In this document: one piece after another, positions 60,624 to 64,000 of the stretch
Position numbering within the stretch: the first letter of the stretch is position 1
Layout of the letters: each line of letters opens with the position of its first letter
Notes under the pieces: model-generated
Seen by the model: the letters and a program-made list of their open reading frames with translations, nothing else
Databases searched by the model: none
Told to the model about the DNA's origin: nothing
Origin: Azolla caroliniana
Lineage: Eukaryota; Plantae; Polypodiophyta
Direction: 5' to 3'
Length of the DNA stretch: 64,000 bases
Assembly: GCA_043228905.1 (NCBI GenBank)
Contig: JBHGNT010000015.1
Span: 12,958,001-13,022,000, forward strand
Translations under genes and position numbers: made by a program

Positions 60624-63600
60624 TGTTGGGAGACCGGTCCCTTTGGATGGGATCTAGATGAGAACCGAACGAGCCGGATCGGAGGAAGTCGGAGGAAGAA
60701 ACAGGACCGGATGGATCCGGAAGGTATCCGACCGGATCTGATGTGAACCAGAAAATAAGGACATATTGGTAAATATGTTTCCTATGTGCCTGTTGAGGCT
60801 ATACTTGTAAATAGCTCAAAAGTTATATGAGTATAAATATAACTAGGGCAATAATAGTTTTGTGTGAGTTTTCATTCTTATTATTGTACAGAGAGAGACA
60901 ATGTGTGTGTGAGAGAGAGAGATACAGAAAGCTTTTCTGTTGTAACCGCTGGTTGGCAAAGATAGAGCTCGAGGTCATTGACTCTGAGTCTGATATTGTA
61001 GTACTTCTTCTCTATAGTGATCCTGTTCGAAGCCAATGAACTCTCGTGGTTTTGCCTCTCGAGGTTAATATCCTGGGTCGACTCATTACTATGTAAGTGC
61101 ATTAATCTCCTATTCTATTTATTTGTTTCTTCCATCGTCGTGAGGTTGTAACTCGGTTGTGGCCGGGAGCGATTCTTATCAAACTGGTATTAGAGCTTGT
61201 GTTATAAGCTTCAACAGAAGAAAGAAAATGGAAGGGTCAGTGGCATGTTCAAGCGCATTGGGTCTAACTACGCAATGTGGAAGTCGAAGATGAGGGACAT
61301 GCTAGTGGTTAAAGATCTTTGGTTGCTGGTATAATTTGGAGACAAAAGACTAGACAAGATCAATGCCGCAACCTGGGAAGTAATGCATATGAAGATGATG
61401 ACATACATAAGATGCTTCATCAACATGTGCCTGTACAATAACTTTAATGAAGAGAACAACGCCAATGAGCTCTAGGAGATGATTGGCACAATGTTGGAGA
61501 ACAAGAATGTCGTAAATCGAGTCTCAGTATTTCGGAAGATAGTGAGGCTCAGATATCAAGATGAATCCAACATGGTAGAGCATATGAATTCTTTCCGGGG
61601 TTTAATAAACCAAACGACCTCACTAGAAGTCCCTTTGGCCGACGAGGTACATGCACTATTGCTACTCGGATCCCTTCCGGATAGTTGGGAGACACTAATT
61701 GTCACGTTGGGCAACGCCAGACCGGAAGGAAAGAACTTATCCCTAGCGAGAGTGAAGTAAAGTTTGCTAAACAAAGAAACTCTTCGGAAGGACAAGGAGT
61801 CTAGAACCAACCCGAAAGCCTTAGTCATAGAAGACGACACAAACCGGGGAAGAGGTCGAAACAGAAGTCCTCAGAATTGGGACAAGTCGGGGACGAGGTT
61901 GAAGTCAAGGGGGAAGCCTACCTGTTTCTATTGCGGAAAACCGGGCCATTTCCAAAAGAATTGCCGACACTTTTGGAAAGCAAAAGGGGGAGTCGACGGT
62001 CCGGAACCGAAGAAGATTTTGGAGAGAAGAGGAACGTCAACAATCACGACAAGTGAAGAGGAATTGTTGCTAATTACCAAAGAGAGTGAGCTGCACCTTG
62101 TCAACGATGAATCAACTTGGGTGGTCGACTCCGGAGCGTCGTTCCATCTAACCCCAGACCGGAAGTGCTTCATGTCTTATAGAGCCAAAGATCACGGTTT
62201 TATAAGGATGGGGAATGAAGGAGCATGCCAAATTGTTGGCATAGGAGATGTGTGGTTGACAACGTCAACCGGGTGCAAGTTGGTGTTGAAAGATGTCTAA
62301 CACATTCCGAAGGTTCAACTAAACCTGATATCAGCCGGTCGGCTAGATGATGAAGGCTACACGGGTAGCATCTAGAATGACACAATGAAGTTTCGCAAAG
62401 GAAGCCTGATCGTGACCCGAGCACGGAAGATCAACACGTTATATATGATGCATGCCCGGATATGCCGGGAGGAAGTGAACGTGGCATTCGACGTTGCCGG
62501 TGAGCTGTGGCACAAGAGGTTGTGGTACATGAGCCAGAAAGGAATGAGAAGACTTGCCGAAGACAACCTCATTCCGGAGGTGAAAAATGTGCAGCTTGAG
62601 AAGTGCATTGATTGCTTGGATGACAAGCTAAACCCTAAACCCTAAACCTCTTTCCGGTCGAGGGCACCGATGAGACGGAAGGCACCACTTGAACTCGTGC
62701 ATACCAACGTATGCTCCGTGGACACGACCTCACATGCCGGATCGCAGTACTTCGTGACATTGACAGGTGACCACAACTAGAAGCTATGGGTATTCACACT
62801 AAAGACAAAGGACCAGGTATTATCCGTCTTCAAGGAGTTCCATGCAAGAGTAGAAAGAGAAACTGGCCGGAAGTTGAAGGTGGTTCGAGCGGATAATGGA
62901 GACGAATATCGGGGGCAGTTCGAGGAGTATTGCCGGTCGAAGGGAATCCGGCTCCAATTCACCGTGCCAAAGACACCAGAGCTGAATGGACTTGCCGAGG
63001 GAATGAGCCAGATCGTAATGGAGAGAGTACAGAGTATGCTTGCACATGCGAAGTTGTCTAAGATGTTCTGGGCTGAAGCGTTGATGATAACGACGTGCGT
63101 GATAAACAGATCACCCTCAGCACCCTTGGACGGAGACACACCACTGAGTAAAAATGTATCTTATCGGCATTTAAAAGTCTTTGGCTATCTCGCCTACATA
63201 CACATAGCAAAGGATAAACAGGGAAAACTGGACCTGAAAACTCGGCCATGTATATTCCTTGGATACAGTAATGATGAATTCGATTACCGACTATGGGGCC
63301 TAGCTGAAAAGTAATCCGGGGTCAGGACATAGTCTTTATGGAAGACAAGACCATCGTCGACTGGGAATTGGAGAAGAAGATAGTGTTCTTCGGGTCAACT
63401 GATAGAGATCAGTTGGAAGATGCAAGGATCTATCCGGTCGGAAGCTGGATGTAAGCCGAAGACCATGTTGAACCGGCCGGATTCGAACAAAGAGCCGAAT
63501 TGACCGAAGAAGGATCCGACACCGGAACCAGACAAGACCCCGAATCGGATTCAGATGAACAACTGATTGAAGAATCGGTGGACGAAAACCAAGGAAGACG

Positions 63601-64000
63601 ATATCCTCTTAGAGAGAAAAGCCCCCTGGAGATTTCCGAATAAAGAGCTAGTACTGTTAATTGATGAGGGGGAGCCAAAAAGCCTTGAGGAAGCAAAGAG
63701 GGACACCCATAGCCGCAAGTGGTTAAGTGCCATGCAGGATGAGATGGATTCCCTACATGAGAACCACACATATGAACTGTCGAAGCTGCCGAAAGGAAAG
63801 AGAGCGCTCTGGAAGAAGTGTGTGTATAAATTGAAACCGGGAGATGCCGGAAATCCACTAAGGTACAAAGCCCGCATTGTGGTGAAGGGTTTTCAGCAGA
63901 AGAAAGGAGTGGATTTCAATGAGATCTTTGCCTCAGTAGTGAAAATGACTTCCATCCGGACTGTGTTGAGCATAGTGGTAAGCATGGACCTCAAGGTAGA
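60624..64000 (+). mobile_element. Degenerate Tork-like Copia 'J' (5' LTR 60624-61181, PBS, gag-PR-INT-RT start); runs off right edge
   Basis: TGTTGGGAG...CTTATCA, TGGTATTAGAGC, CFYCGKPGHFQKNC, WVVDSGASFH, RADNGDEY; many stops. Confidence 0.93.

Overview
Eukaryotic (land-plant, probably seed-free plant; inferred from TTTAGGG repeats, plant-type tRNA primer sites and a plastid-targeted gene) genomic DNA that is mostly nested transposable elements. 1-27.7 kb is a deep nest: a Copia gag remnant, a tRNA-Trp-primed Gypsy, a pogo/Tigger DNA transposon, an Athila/Tat-like Gypsy (two inverted copies, with a long extra ORF), a second Trp-primed Gypsy and a Tnt1/Tork-like Copia. 27.7-33.9 kb holds Copia and LINE debris. 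34.5-53.2 kb holds a C2H2/Ulp1-like pseudogene and a Mutator (MULE) transposase broken by a tandem duplication, a solo LTR, two full-length Copia elements (one with an intact 1357-aa ORF and near-identical LTRs) and a hAT MITE. The only host gene is a 4-exon plastid NusG/pTAC13 homologue (53520-58252), followed by another degenerate Copia. The most unusual signal is in the Athila/Tat-like family. Both copies lack a polypurine tract and instead carry a tRNA-Arg 3'-end sequence (a primer-binding site on the antisense strand) next to the 3' LTR. All calls are by eye from the sequence and remembered family motifs; no searches were run.
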